Source of the DNA: Trueperaceae bacterium
GTDB taxonomy: Bacteria; Deinococcota; Deinococci; Deinococcales; Trueperaceae
Direction: 5' to 3'
Assembly: GCA_965215565.1 (NCBI GenBank)
Contig: CBDCDZ010000004.1
Span: 448,001 to 512,000 of the forward strand
DNA: 64,000 nucleotides
Positions 1 to 9,826 of the stretch are shown here, piece by piece. Numbering within the stretch: position 1 is the stretch's first letter; each line of letters starts with the position of its first letter. The notes below the pieces were generated by a model. That model searched no databases. It saw only the letters and a program-made list of their open reading frames with translations, and was not told the DNA's origin. The position numbers and the translations under genes were made by a program.

Positions 1-264
1 CAAAGTATAGCACGCTAGCACGTGGATGTGAGGTGCGCAGCTTGCGGTAGGCTGAGCTTCAAGGAGCCCGGTCAAGTGAGTGGCGCGCTCATTGCGTTAG
101 GCTTAGGGGTCGGTTAAACCGTACGAACGCCCTCGAGCTAGGCTTTAGCATAGTTGTGACGAGGTCTAAGGGCCGACTTACGCGGAATTGCACGCTTTAC
201 TTATCCTTGCGGAGAGCGTTAGAGCTTACCATCCGTGAAGGGCATGACTTAGCTCGTAAACCAG

Positions 265-375
265 TAGCAGTTCCACAAAACACTAAGATAAAATGCCGCA
301 GGTATCATCGCAGAATGTGTGTGCTAAACGGTGCTTCGTATAGTGAGAGCGTCTCCGACCAGATGATACCTGCTA
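265..375 (+). repeat. Dispersed MITE-like repeat family A, copy 1
   Basis: TAGCAGTTCCAC...GCAGGTATCATC...GTGTGCTA...GACCAGATGATACCTGCTA; the same blocks occur at 25580, 39174 (minus strand) and 54851. Confidence 0.8.
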
Positions 376-682
376 CAAGTTACAGGGCTTACGCATGTAG
401 ATTCGTGAGGTCTTATTCGCATACGATCAAATAACTCTTCAAAGGGCGGAACCCGGCTTTACTCTCAGCGAACGTTGTTTTCGTTTCTAAAGGTTTACAG
501 CAACCTCTCAGAGAATTGGCGTACATGCGTACGCCCTGGCCAAGTTATGCAAGCTCGTATTAGCAAGCCAAGGAAGCGTGGCGCGAACGCCTCGAGACCC
601 GTGAGATCGAGGTTCTACCGGTGGCGCACTCGAGTGACCGATTTCAAGTTTTTCGCCTGCGCGCGTGCTACATTGGGGCGTT

Positions 683-1954
683 ATGCGTATTATCTACCTT
701 CACCAATACTTTACCACCCCCGAGCGCGTCGGCGGCATACGTTCCTATGAGATGGCGCGGCGGCTCGTCGCGGCGGGCCACGAGGTGCACATGATCACCT
801 CGAGTAACGCGCCCACGACGCAAACCGACTGGTTCGAGACCGAAGAGGCGGGCATTCACGTCCACTGGCTACCGGTCCCCTACTCGAACCGCCAGAGCGC
901 CTTAGAACGCGTCAAGGGCTTTTTACGCTTCGCTTACGGCTCATTGCGCAGGGCGGCGGCGCTGGACGGCGACGTGATTTTCGCAACGAGTACGCCCTTA
1001 ACCATCGCGATTCCGGGGCTCTACGCCTCTTGGCGCAAAAAGATACCGTTGGTCTTTGAGGTGCGTGACCTGTGGCCCGAAGCGCCTGTGCAGATGGGCG
1101 TCTTGACCTCTAAGCCCCTCATCGCCGCCGCAAAACGCTTGGAGCGCGAGGCGTACCGGCGCTCGAGCCACGTCGTTGCGCTCTCGCCGGGGATGAAAGC
1201 GGGCGTCGTTAATGAGGGCGTGCCAGCGGAGCGCGTCACGGTCATCCCGAACGCCTCGGACTTAGACCTCTTTCAGCCTGGGCTAGACGGCAGCGAGTTC
1301 CGCAAAAGCTTCGGTTTGGAGGGCAAAACGGTTTTTATTTATTTCGGCACGATGGGGCCTGCCAACGGCCTCGGCTTCGTGCTAGACAGCGCGGCTGAAC
1401 TCAAAAAGCGCGGACGCGACGATATCGCTATCCTCTTACACGGCGACGGCAAAGAGCGTGACATGTTGGAGGCGCGTAAAGAGGCGGAGGGACTCTCGAA
1501 CGTGACCTTCTCGAGCTGGGACAAGCACCGCGACGACATCGCCCGCTTGGTGGCTTCCGCCGACGTCGCCATGACGATCTACAGAAACGTCCCGGTGCTC
1601 TACACCTGCTCGCCGAACAAAATGTTCGACTCCTTCTCGGCGGGCAAACCCGTCCTGACGAATATGCCGGGCTGGTTGGGCGGACTCGTGGAGAAAAACC
1701 GCGCGGGCGTCTTCGTCGAGCCAGACGATACCTCAGACTTTGCGGACAAGGCTGAACACTTAGCGGACAACCCCGAACTGCGCCGCGAGTTCGGCGAGAA
1801 CGCCCGCAAGCTCGCCGAAGCGGACTTTTCACGCGATAAGCTCGCCGCGAAGTTGGAGCGCATCCTCGTCGAGGCGGCGCGCACGAAGGCGGGTCAGCCC
1901 GCTCCCGTCGACGTGGCGGACAGCTTAGGCGGGGTCGAGGGTCAGCCTACCTAG
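683..1954 (+). CDS. Glycosyltransferase family 4 (WbuB-like)
   Basis: MRIIYLHQYF start, VFEVRDLWPE, C-terminal SPNKMFDS..AGKPV; ATG at 683 preferred over the GTG at 665. Confidence 0.9.
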   Translation: MRIIYLHQYFTTPERVGGIRSYEMARRLVAAGHEVHMITSSNAPTTQTDWFETEEAGIHVHWLPVPYSNRQSALERVKGFLRFAYGSLRRAAALDGDVIFATSTPLTIAIPGLYASWRKKIPLVFEVRDLWPEAPVQMGVLTSKPLIAAAKRLEREAYRRSSHVVALSPGMKAGVVNEGVPAERVTVIPNASDLDLFQPGLDGSEFRKSFGLEGKTVFIYFGTMGPANGLGFVLDSAAELKKRGRDDIAILLHGDGKERDMLEARKEAEGLSNVTFSSWDKHRDDIARLVASADVAMTIYRNVPVLYTCSPNKMFDSFSAGKPVLTNMPGWLGGLVEKNRAGVFVEPDDTSDFADKAEHLADNPELRREFGENARKLAEADFSRDKLAAKLERILVEAARTKAGQPAPVDVADSLGGVEGQPT

Positions 1955-1978
1955 TATTCTTGGAAGCGTCCGCGGGGG

Positions 1979-2019
1979 TTGGCAAACCCTGCTAAGACTT
2001 GCTATACTGGCAAGTCTTA
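1979..2019 (+). promoter_or_regulatory. tRNA-Trp promoter with the -10 box inside a perfect inverted repeat
   Basis: TTGGCA (1979) N18 TATACT (2003) with TGn extension; TAAGACTTGC / GCAAGTCTTA arms flank the -10. Confidence 0.7.
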
Positions 2020-2020
2020 T

Positions 2021-2093
<73 letters not shown>

Positions 2094-2095
2094 TT

Positions 2096-2133
2096 AAAAA
2101 CGCCCCCACCATGCAGTGGGGGCGTTTGCTTTT
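2096..2133. terminator. Bidirectional intrinsic terminator between the tRNA and tal
   Basis: AAACGCCCCCAC-CATGCA-GTGGGGGCGTTT with A/T tracts on both sides. Confidence 0.85.
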
Positions 2134-2143
2134 ATACGTTTTG

Positions 2144-3283
2144 TTACGCAGTCTCGAGTACCTCATTGCGCTTCGTTTCGATCGTTTCCATCAAGCTGTC
2201 GAAGGGCTTGACGAACTTGTCCACCCCTTCGTCCGTGAGTTGCTGCGTCATCTCATCGATGCCAATCCCCATATCTTTAAGTTTATCCAGCGTCTTGCGA
2301 GCCTCGTCCGCGCCATCTTCTAAACGCGCTTCGGGCTGACCGTGGTCACGGTACGCCTCCAGGGTCTCCATCGGCATCGTGTTGACTGTTTCAGGACCGA
2401 TGAGCGCCTCGACGTACTTCACATCTTCGTAAGCGTCGTCTTTAACGCTGGTGCTCGCCCAGAGGAGGCGCTGCGGCTTCGCGCCTTTTTCAGCGAGCGC
2501 CCCGAAGCGTTCGCCCTCAAAGACCTCTTTATAAATCTGATAAGCCTGCTTCGCGCTGGCGATGGCGACTTCCCCGCGCAGGGCTCTGGCGGTGTCGGCG
2601 TCTTCGGGGCTCGAGTCGATGAGTTGGTCGAGCTTGCCGTCAATGAGCACGTCGATGCGGCTCAGGAAGAAGCTGGCAACCGAGGCGATGCCCTCTATAG
2701 ACTCGCCCTGCTCGAGGCGCTTTTCCAAGCCTTCCATATAGGCTTGCGTGACCTCCCGGTAGCGCGGCAGACCGAAGAGCAGGGTCACGTTGACGCTGAT
2801 GCCCTCGCTGATAAGCTGCGTGATCGCCTTTAACCCTTCTTGTGTACCCGGCACCTTGATAAAGACGTTGGGGCGCTCCAACATCGCCCAGAGCTTGCGC
2901 CCCTCTTCGGCGGTGCCTTGGGCGTCATGCGCGAGGTGCGGTGAGACCTCTAAGCTTACGAAACCGCGCTCGCCACTATGCTCATCGTAGAGGGGGCGGA
3001 AGCGGTCGGCGGCGTCGCGGATGTCTTGGGTAGCTAGCTCGAAGTAGATTTCTTCCGCGCTCTTGCCATTTTGCGCGAGTTCGCGAATTGCGCCGTCGTA
3101 CTCGTCACTGTCGGCGATGGCTTTCTGAAAGATGGACGGGTTCGAGGTGATGCCGCGCAGCCCGTCCTCTTCTATGAGCTTGTCCAGCTCGCCGCTCTCG
3201 ATGAGACCGCGCCGGATGTCGTCGAGCCACGGGGCTTGTCCAAAGTCGCTGAGCTTTTTAAGTGCGTTCATCGTCTCCTCCAT
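2144..3283 (-). CDS. tal: Transaldolase
   Basis: GITSNPSIF, VSLEVSP, NVFIKVPGT (Schiff-base Lys), VNVTLLF, LLWASTSVK. Confidence 0.95.
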   Translation of the reverse strand: MEETMNALKKLSDFGQAPWLDDIRRGLIESGELDKLIEEDGLRGITSNPSIFQKAIADSDEYDGAIRELAQNGKSAEEIYFELATQDIRDAADRFRPLYDEHSGERGFVSLEVSPHLAHDAQGTAEEGRKLWAMLERPNVFIKVPGTQEGLKAITQLISEGISVNVTLLFGLPRYREVTQAYMEGLEKRLEQGESIEGIASVASFFLSRIDVLIDGKLDQLIDSSPEDADTARALRGEVAIASAKQAYQIYKEVFEGERFGALAEKGAKPQRLLWASTSVKDDAYEDVKYVEALIGPETVNTMPMETLEAYRDHGQPEARLEDGADEARKTLDKLKDMGIGIDEMTQQLTDEGVDKFVKPFDSLMETIETKRNEVLETA

Positions 3284-3779
3284 GTGCTGTGTCTTTATAG
3301 ACTGTGTCCTCGAGTGACACCCTGAACCTGCGCTTCTCTACGGGTATTCTCTCCATGAGCGTTCCCCCTCGTCCTCGTCATACGCTTTTTGACCCAACAG
3401 CAGCGTCACACCTGCATTTCTTGCGCTCCCCCCTACTATAGACCCCTCACTATAGACCTACGTCAAGCTCGTTACAAGGGTTAGTAATAACCATTAAACG
3501 AAAGATTTCACAACATTTTAGCTCGTGAATATTTTGTTTCGTAGAAGGTGTGGTTTACGGTCCCTACCTAGAGGTGCCCAAGGCGAGCCGCTAAAGATGA
3601 GCCGCATTCAGACCCCTGCTGACACGCTGTTTTTAACTTCGCTCGCAAAAGTCTGTAAGGGTGCTACTTGGCATACAAAGCAAACCGAGTAAGCTTGAGC
3701 TTATGTAACTGTATACTCAATTCATATCGGTCTAAGAGGTGGGGCAGCCGGGCGCGGCGCGCGTCATGAGGGAGTAGGG

Positions 3780-4451
3780 ATGAAGGACAAACTTCGCGAG
3801 TACAGTTCTGAAGAGATCACCGTGACTTGGAGCAAGGCGCGCTGCGTCCACGTTGCCGCGTGCATCCGGGGCTTACCGGACGTCTTCGACACGGATCAGA
3901 AGCCCTGGATACAGCCGAGCCGGGCGCGGGCGCAAGAGGTGGCGGACGTCGTCACGCAGTGCCCGACGGGTGCCTTGCACTTTAGCAGAGATGGGGCGGC
4001 AGAAGAGGTGGCGGCGCGCAACACGGTTCAGGTTACGGAAGACGGCCCGCTCTACTTGCGCGGGGACATCTCGCTCCGCTCGCCCTCCGGCGAGGCGCGC
4101 CTGGGCGACACCCGCGTAGCGCTCTGCCGCTGCGGGGCGTCGGGGCACCAACCCCTCTGCGACGGCTCACACAAGGGTGCAGGCTTTCGAGACCGAGGCG
4201 AACTCGGCAACGTACAGCTCGGCGAAAGAGGGGGAGAAGGGCGACTAGAGGTCACCCCTATGGTGCAGGGACCGCTTGCACTGGACGGACCCTTCGAGCT
4301 TGTCGGCGCGGACGGCGAACGCGAAAGCGGTGTGCGCGCCGCGCTATGTCGCTGCGGGGCGTCGGGCAACAAGCCTTTCTGCGACGGGACGCACCGAGGG
4401 ATCGGCTTCGCGCCGGACGACTCACTCATAGGCAGTGACGATGAACACTAG
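3780..4451 (+). CDS. Fer4_19-type Fe-S domain plus two CDGSH iron-sulfur domains
   Basis: CVHVAAC...CPTGAL, then LCRCGASGHQPLCDGSH and LCRCGASGNKPFCDGTH. Confidence 0.88.
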   Translation: MKDKLREYSSEEITVTWSKARCVHVAACIRGLPDVFDTDQKPWIQPSRARAQEVADVVTQCPTGALHFSRDGAAEEVAARNTVQVTEDGPLYLRGDISLRSPSGEARLGDTRVALCRCGASGHQPLCDGSHKGAGFRDRGELGNVQLGERGGEGRLEVTPMVQGPLALDGPFELVGADGERESGVRAALCRCGASGNKPFCDGTHRGIGFAPDDSLIGSDDEH

Positions 4452-6510
4452 CGTGCGAAGGGCGCTTCTCGGGACGCTCGCGCTGCTCGCCCTCCCCGTC
4501 GCCTTCGCCGCCGGGGGGATGCCCGACTTCTTCGCGGAGGTCTCTATTCTCATCGTCGCGAGCGCGGCTGTCGGCTACGGCTGCTTCCGTCTGGGGCTCG
4601 TACCGATCATCGGCTTTTTGCTGACGGGCGTGCTCTTAGGCGTGACGGGGCTCGTCGACAACCCTGAACTCGTCGACGCGACCGCAGAGGTCGGTGTGAT
4701 CTTGCTGCTCTTCACCATCGGCATCGAGTTCAGCCTGGACAACCTCATGCGCATCCGTCGGCTCCTATTCGTCGGGGGCGGCGTGCAAGTCGGGCTCGTG
4801 ACCCTCGTGGTGACAGCCGTCATGCTCCTCGCGGGCGTGGACTGGCGCGCGTCGCTCTTCACAGGGATGCTCGTCGCGCTCTCCTCGACGGCCATCGTGA
4901 TGAAACTGCTAGACAATCGCGGCGAGACGAACGCGCCCGCCGGTCAGATTTCACTGGGAATTCTGATCTTTCAAGATTTGGCGGTGGTGGGGATGGTCAT
5001 CCTCGTGCCGATCTTGGGGGGCGAAGGGACGACGCTGGGGAGTGTCGCCTTCTCGCTCGGCAGCGCGGCGGCGATCATCGCGGCGATCTTGCTCCTCGCG
5101 CGGCGGGTCATGCCGACGATGCTAGAGGCGCTCGCGCGCACCTGTTCGCAGGAGATTTTCGTCCTGGGCGTGATCGCGGTCTGCTTCGGAACGGCGTATC
5201 TGACGGGCTTAGCGGGCGTCAGCCTCTCCTTAGGCGCGTTTTTAGCGGGGCTCTTGGTGAGTGAGAGCCGCTTCGGGTCGCAGGCGCTAGGCGAGATTCT
5301 GCCCCTACAGATCGTTTTTAGCGCCGCCTTTTTCGTGTCGGTGGGACTTCTTTTAGACGTCGCGTTCCTGGTGCAAAACCTGCCCGTGATCCTCGCGGTC
5401 ATCGCGGGCGTGCTGCTCGTTAAGACGCTGGCGGCGGCGGCCGGGGCGCTCGTGCTAGGGTATCCGCTCGGCGTCGCACTCGCAGCGGGGCTTACGCTCG
5501 CCCAAGTGGGGGAGTTCTCGTTCGTGCTGCAGCGCTCCGGGAGCGACGTGGGGCTCTTTCCGGCGGGCTTAGCGGGCGCGGGCGAGCAGACCATCATCGC
5601 CGCGACGGTGCTGCTCATGGGCGTCACGCCCAACTTAGCGACGCTGGGTAACACGCTGAGCGCGCGCTTAGCGCGCCGCCGCAAAGCGCAAGAACGCGCG
5701 GCGGCGGGTGCAGATGAGGGTGAAGCCGAGGGCTTGGGTGACCTGGACGATCACGTGCTCATCGCGGGCTACGGCGCAGGGGGCAAGCTGCTCGCTTCGG
5801 CGCTGCAGCGCGAAGAGGTCCCCTTCGGTGTCGTCACGCTGAGCCCGGCAGGAGCAAGCGAGGCAGAAGCGGCGGGGATGCGGGCGATGCGCGGCGACTA
5901 CGCGAAGACGTTTATCTTAGATCAGGCGGGTGTGGGGCGTTCGAGGATGCTCGCCATCTTAGACGACGAGCCCGAGCACGCGGGGCGGGTTATCGAGCTC
6001 GTGCGCGGTTTCGACCGCGAGCTTCCTATCTTGACGCGGGCGCAGTTCTATAGCGGGGCGCTCTCGCTCAAGCGCGCAGGCTCTACGGTTGCCACCGCCG
6101 AGGAGATCGAGAGCTTGGTGCCGCTCCTCAGCAGCGTCTTGACCTCGTACGGCAGCCGCCGCCGCGATCCGAGCAGCGCGAGAACGCTGCTCATCGAAAG
6201 CGAACCCAACGTGAGCGTGGAAACCGTGCAGCTCAGCGAGCAGCAGCGCACCTCAGAAGCGTGCAGTCACCAGGAGCAGACCAAAGTCGTCACGCCCGAC
6301 GCCGAGGTCTGCTTAGACTGCGTAGCGCAGGGCGACACGTGGGTACACCTGCGCGTCTGCATGACCTGCGGGCACGTAGGCTGCTGCGACTCGTCGAAGA
6401 ACAAACATGCGAGCAAACACGCGCAGAAGGAGACGCACCCCATCATTAAATCGTTCGAGCAAGGGGAAAGCTGGGCGTACTGTTACAGGGACGAGGTGAC
6501 GCTAGCTTAG
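4441..6510 (+). CDS. CPA2 (Kef-like) cation:proton antiporter with a TrkA_N (RCK) domain and a C-terminal UBP-type zinc finger
   Basis: Many TM segments with LLFTIGIEF, ALSSTAIV, ILIFQD, LAQVGEFSFV; IAGYGAGG RCK motif; CSH...CLDC...WVHLRVCMTCGHVGCCDSS..KHASKH...WAYCY. Confidence 0.88.
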   Translation: MNTSVRRALLGTLALLALPVAFAAGGMPDFFAEVSILIVASAAVGYGCFRLGLVPIIGFLLTGVLLGVTGLVDNPELVDATAEVGVILLLFTIGIEFSLDNLMRIRRLLFVGGGVQVGLVTLVVTAVMLLAGVDWRASLFTGMLVALSSTAIVMKLLDNRGETNAPAGQISLGILIFQDLAVVGMVILVPILGGEGTTLGSVAFSLGSAAAIIAAILLLARRVMPTMLEALARTCSQEIFVLGVIAVCFGTAYLTGLAGVSLSLGAFLAGLLVSESRFGSQALGEILPLQIVFSAAFFVSVGLLLDVAFLVQNLPVILAVIAGVLLVKTLAAAAGALVLGYPLGVALAAGLTLAQVGEFSFVLQRSGSDVGLFPAGLAGAGEQTIIAATVLLMGVTPNLATLGNTLSARLARRRKAQERAAAGADEGEAEGLGDLDDHVLIAGYGAGGKLLASALQREEVPFGVVTLSPAGASEAEAAGMRAMRGDYAKTFILDQAGVGRSRMLAILDDEPEHAGRVIELVRGFDRELPILTRAQFYSGALSLKRAGSTVATAEEIESLVPLLSSVLTSYGSRRRDPSSARTLLIESEPNVSVETVQLSEQQRTSEACSHQEQTKVVTPDAEVCLDCVAQGDTWVHLRVCMTCGHVGCCDSSKNKHASKHAQKETHPIIKSFEQGESWAYCYRDEVTLA

Positions 6511-6578
6511 CGTGCGCCGAGGGATTTGCTCGAGCAGGGCCCAACTGCCGCGCAAACGAGGATAGAAGACCGAGCCCC

Positions 6579-7619
6579 TTATGACCCAGGCACCTCGATC
6601 ATGACCTTGACCGCTCCGTCTTTGCCCTCTTCTGCGTACTCGAACCCTCTAAGCGTCTCCGCAAAGGGAAAACGGTGCGTGATCATCGGCGTGAGGTCCA
6701 CCTGACCAGACGCTAAAAGGCTGATAGCGGCAGGATAGGTGTAGACGTAGCGAAAAATCCCTCTGAGGTCCAGCTCTTTGATGGCGAGTTCAACTACCGG
6801 TACGCGGTAGCGCTCGGCGTCGCCTAAACCGACGACGACGACGGTGCCCCCTCTCGCCGCCGCGCTGAGGCAATAGCTGAGGGCGACTTCGGCTCCGGCG
6901 CATTCGATGGCGAGGTCTACGCCGCGCCCGTTCGTCTGTGCGTGGATGACCTCTCGAGTCTCCTCCTGCGCCGCATTAATCGTCGTCGTCGCGCCCATTC
7001 TTTTCGCAATCTCCAAACGAGCACCCCGCACGTCGCTGATGATGATTTGGCTTGCGCCCGCAGCTTTGGCAGCCGCTAAAGAGGTCAGCCCAATCGGACC
7101 CGCGCCTGCAATAAAAACGCTTTGCCCAGCTTGAAGATTGCCGCGCCGACAAGCGTGAATACCGACTGAAAGAGGTTCGATCAGCGCCGCTTCGTCTAAG
7201 CTGACGTTGTCGGGGATTTTGTAGGCGAAGTCGGCGGGCGACACGGCGTATTCTGATAAAGCGCCGTTCACTGGGGGCGTCGCAAAAAATTCGACATCCG
7301 GGCAGAGGTTGTAGCGTCCCGTTTTGCACCACTCGCAGCGGCGGCAGGGGACGCCGGGCTCTATCGCCACCCTATCCCCCACCTGCAAAGAGGTCACGTT
7401 CTCCCCCACTTCCGCTACCACACCCGCCACCTCGTGCCCCAAAATCATCGGCTCCTCGACGACGAAGTCCCCGATGCGCCCGGTGCGCAAATAGTGAACG
7501 TCCGAGCCGCACACGCCCACGGAGCGAATCGCGACTTTCACGTCGTCGGGACCGAAGTCGGGGGTGGAGACGTCCTCGAGGCGCAAATCCCTAGCTTGAT
7601 GTAAAACGGCTGCTTTCAT
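6579..7619 (-). CDS. Zn-dependent polyol (sorbitol/L-iditol or xylitol) dehydrogenase
   Basis: GVCGSDVH, LGHE, CxxCxxC...C, FFATPP, GAGPIG, GIFRY. Confidence 0.88.
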   Translation of the reverse strand: MKAAVLHQARDLRLEDVSTPDFGPDDVKVAIRSVGVCGSDVHYLRTGRIGDFVVEEPMILGHEVAGVVAEVGENVTSLQVGDRVAIEPGVPCRRCEWCKTGRYNLCPDVEFFATPPVNGALSEYAVSPADFAYKIPDNVSLDEAALIEPLSVGIHACRRGNLQAGQSVFIAGAGPIGLTSLAAAKAAGASQIIISDVRGARLEIAKRMGATTTINAAQEETREVIHAQTNGRGVDLAIECAGAEVALSYCLSAAARGGTVVVVGLGDAERYRVPVVELAIKELDLRGIFRYVYTYPAAISLLASGQVDLTPMITHRFPFAETLRGFEYAEEGKDGAVKVMIEVPGS

Positions 7620-7694
7620 AGGGTTGACCTTTCGTAATATTTGAAAGAATTTAATTCCGAGTTGTAGGGTAACTCTACGTTAAACAGTTGTATA

Positions 7695-7952
7695 TCATCG
7701 CGAGCTAAGGGACGAGTGAAAAGTGACTTCGATGACTTGCTTATCTGACACAACGAAATGAGCGACTTGAGCTTTAGCAGACGGTTCTAAGTCGAGGTAT
7801 TCTTGCTCTAAGAAGTCCTCAACTTCTTCGGCAGCCCACGGTCCCAGCGACGCCTTAAAATCCTCGTACTCATCTTGGATTTCGCGCCAAGATGAGTACG
7901 ATTTTTTCGACAGCAACACACTATTTTTTAGGTAGATAATGTGTAATTTCAT
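7695..7952 (-). CDS. Small acidic hypothetical protein (85 aa)
   Basis: Co-oriented, lower-GC ORF between two dehydrogenases; SWREIQDEY..ASLGPW. Confidence 0.6.
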   Translation of the reverse strand: MKLHIIYLKNSVLLSKKSYSSWREIQDEYEDFKASLGPWAAEEVEDFLEQEYLDLEPSAKAQVAHFVVSDKQVIEVTFHSSLSSR

Positions 7953-7982
7953 AGCAGGCAAGCGTATTTAACCTCTCTCAGT

Positions 7983-8999
7983 CTACACCTCCAAATCAAA
8001 CTGCACTTTCATCCTCTCCGGGTCGTTCTCCGCTAAGTCCAGTCCCTTTTGAAAGTCTTTTACGCCGAGCGCGTGGGACACGAGAGGTTCGACTTGGATT
8101 GCGCCGCCTTGTATAAGGGCAATCGCCTCGTGAAAGGTCTTATTCAGGGCGAACGAGCCGATGATCTTGAGGTCTTTGCGGAAGACGTCGAAGGGGCTGA
8201 AGGTGGCGGTGGAGCCGTCCGGGGCGACGCCGAAGACCCAGACCTTACCTCCGGGACGCACGAAGGTGAAGCCTTGCTCGAGCACCTTAGGAATCCCTGT
8301 TGCGTCCGCCACCACGTCAAAACCGTGCGGAACGAGCGAGCCAAACGTGTCTTGCGTGAGCTTGTCGGCGTGAATGGCGGCGTTTGCGCCTAGCGATTCG
8401 GCAAGCTCTAAACGCCAAGGGTCTTTATCCACCATCGCGACGTACGCCGCGCCCGCTCGCTGGACCGCTTGCATCATTAGAATACCCATTGGACCCGCGC
8501 CGAAGATGAGCATTCGGTCTCCGGCTTGAAGCTGGACTTGTTGAAGCCCCCAGACGACGCAGGCAAGCGGTTCGACTAAAGCGGCGTCCGCAAAGGACAT
8601 CTCCCCCACTGAGTAGACGGCGCTTTCAGGCGCAGAGACGTAGCCCGCGAACGCGCCCGCGCGGGTCACGCCGATGACCTCCAAGTCGAGGCACTGATTG
8701 AACTGCCGCTGCTGACAGAAGGCGCAGCGGTAGCAAGGAAGATTGGGGTCGGCGGTAACGCGCTCGCCCACCTGGAAGTTTTGAACGTTGTCGCCGACTG
8801 CTGCGACGACGCCGCTCAGCTCGTGACCGGGCGTGACGGGGTACTGCGCGACGGAGTACGAGCCGTGCCAGATGTGGAGGTCCGTGCCGCAGATGCCCGC
8901 ACGTTTCACGTCGATAAGGACGTCATCGGGACCGATGTCGGGCGTGTCTTTTTCGAAAACTCGAGCCTCTTTGGGCGAAGAAATCTCAGCGGCAATCAC
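7983..8999 (-). CDS. Zn-dependent alcohol/polyol dehydrogenase
   Basis: GICGTDLH, PGHE, CxxCxxC...C, GAGPMG; GTG at 8999 overlaps the upstream TGA (GTGA). Confidence 0.88.
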   Translation of the reverse strand: MIAAEISSPKEARVFEKDTPDIGPDDVLIDVKRAGICGTDLHIWHGSYSVAQYPVTPGHELSGVVAAVGDNVQNFQVGERVTADPNLPCYRCAFCQQRQFNQCLDLEVIGVTRAGAFAGYVSAPESAVYSVGEMSFADAALVEPLACVVWGLQQVQLQAGDRMLIFGAGPMGILMMQAVQRAGAAYVAMVDKDPWRLELAESLGANAAIHADKLTQDTFGSLVPHGFDVVADATGIPKVLEQGFTFVRPGGKVWVFGVAPDGSTATFSPFDVFRKDLKIIGSFALNKTFHEAIALIQGGAIQVEPLVSHALGVKDFQKGLDLAENDPERMKVQFDLEV

Positions 9000-9826
9000 T
9001 TGATGGCTCCCATCGTGAGACCTGAGACGAGTTGGCGTTGAGCGATCCAACCGACGATTAAAACAGGAATGACCGCTGCTGTAGACGCCGCCGACATCTT
9101 AGCGAGGAATAAATTACCCTGCGCCGCCTTAAAGGTCGAGACGTAAACTGAAAGAGGTGAGGCGTCGCGTGAGGTCAGGTTCACCGCTAAAAAGAACTCG
9201 TTCCAGGTGAAGATCACGCAGAGGAGCGCCGTCGCCGCGAGACCGGGGACGAGCAGCGGCATGATGACGCGCATGAATTCCTGCCATAAGTTTGCACCGT
9301 CCAGCCGCGCCGCTTCGATAATCTCATACGGGACTTCCAACATAAACGAGCGCAACATCCATATCACCAGCGGCAGATTCATCCCAGCGTAGAGGAGAAT
9401 CATCCCTAAGTGCGTGTCGAGCAAATTGAACTGCAAGAACAGCACGTACAAGGGCACGATGATGCCCGCAGGCGGCAGCATCCGCGTGGACATGATCCAG
9501 AGCAGCGAGGCGTCGGTGCGTTTGGTCGGATAAAACGCCATCGCGTAGGCGGCGGGAATGCCGAGCAGGAGCGCCAGGAGAATCGACAGGGTGGTGATGA
9601 TGACCGTGTTGCCCAGGTATTCCATAAAAGGTGAGTTGAAAAGCGCGTTCTGCCAGTTCGCTAGCGTCGGCTCGAAGAACACGGGCGGCGGAAACTGGAT
9701 TGCAGCGGTTTCAGTCTTAAAAGAGGTCAGCGCCATCCAGAGAATCGGGAAGAACATCAAAAAGGCTAAGAATAGGGTTAAAACCGACAGGGCGTGTCCA
9801 TAGAGTTTTCTGCGGCTCAAGTTCAT
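8996..9826 (-). CDS. Polyol ABC transporter permease (SmoG/MtlG-like)
   Basis: EAARLDGA EAA motif, TWNEF, multiple TM segments. Confidence 0.92.
   Translation of the reverse strand: MNLSRRKLYGHALSVLTLFLAFLMFFPILWMALTSFKTETAAIQFPPPVFFEPTLANWQNALFNSPFMEYLGNTVIITTLSILLALLLGIPAAYAMAFYPTKRTDASLLWIMSTRMLPPAGIIVPLYVLFLQFNLLDTHLGMILLYAGMNLPLVIWMLRSFMLEVPYEIIEAARLDGANLWQEFMRVIMPLLVPGLAATALLCVIFTWNEFFLAVNLTSRDASPLSVYVSTFKAAQGNLFLAKMSAASTAAVIPVLIVGWIAQRQLVSGLTMGAIK

Noticed and set aside
156..750. ORFs 156-434 and 475-750
   Set aside because: No recognisable domains or RBS; the first spans repeat family A.
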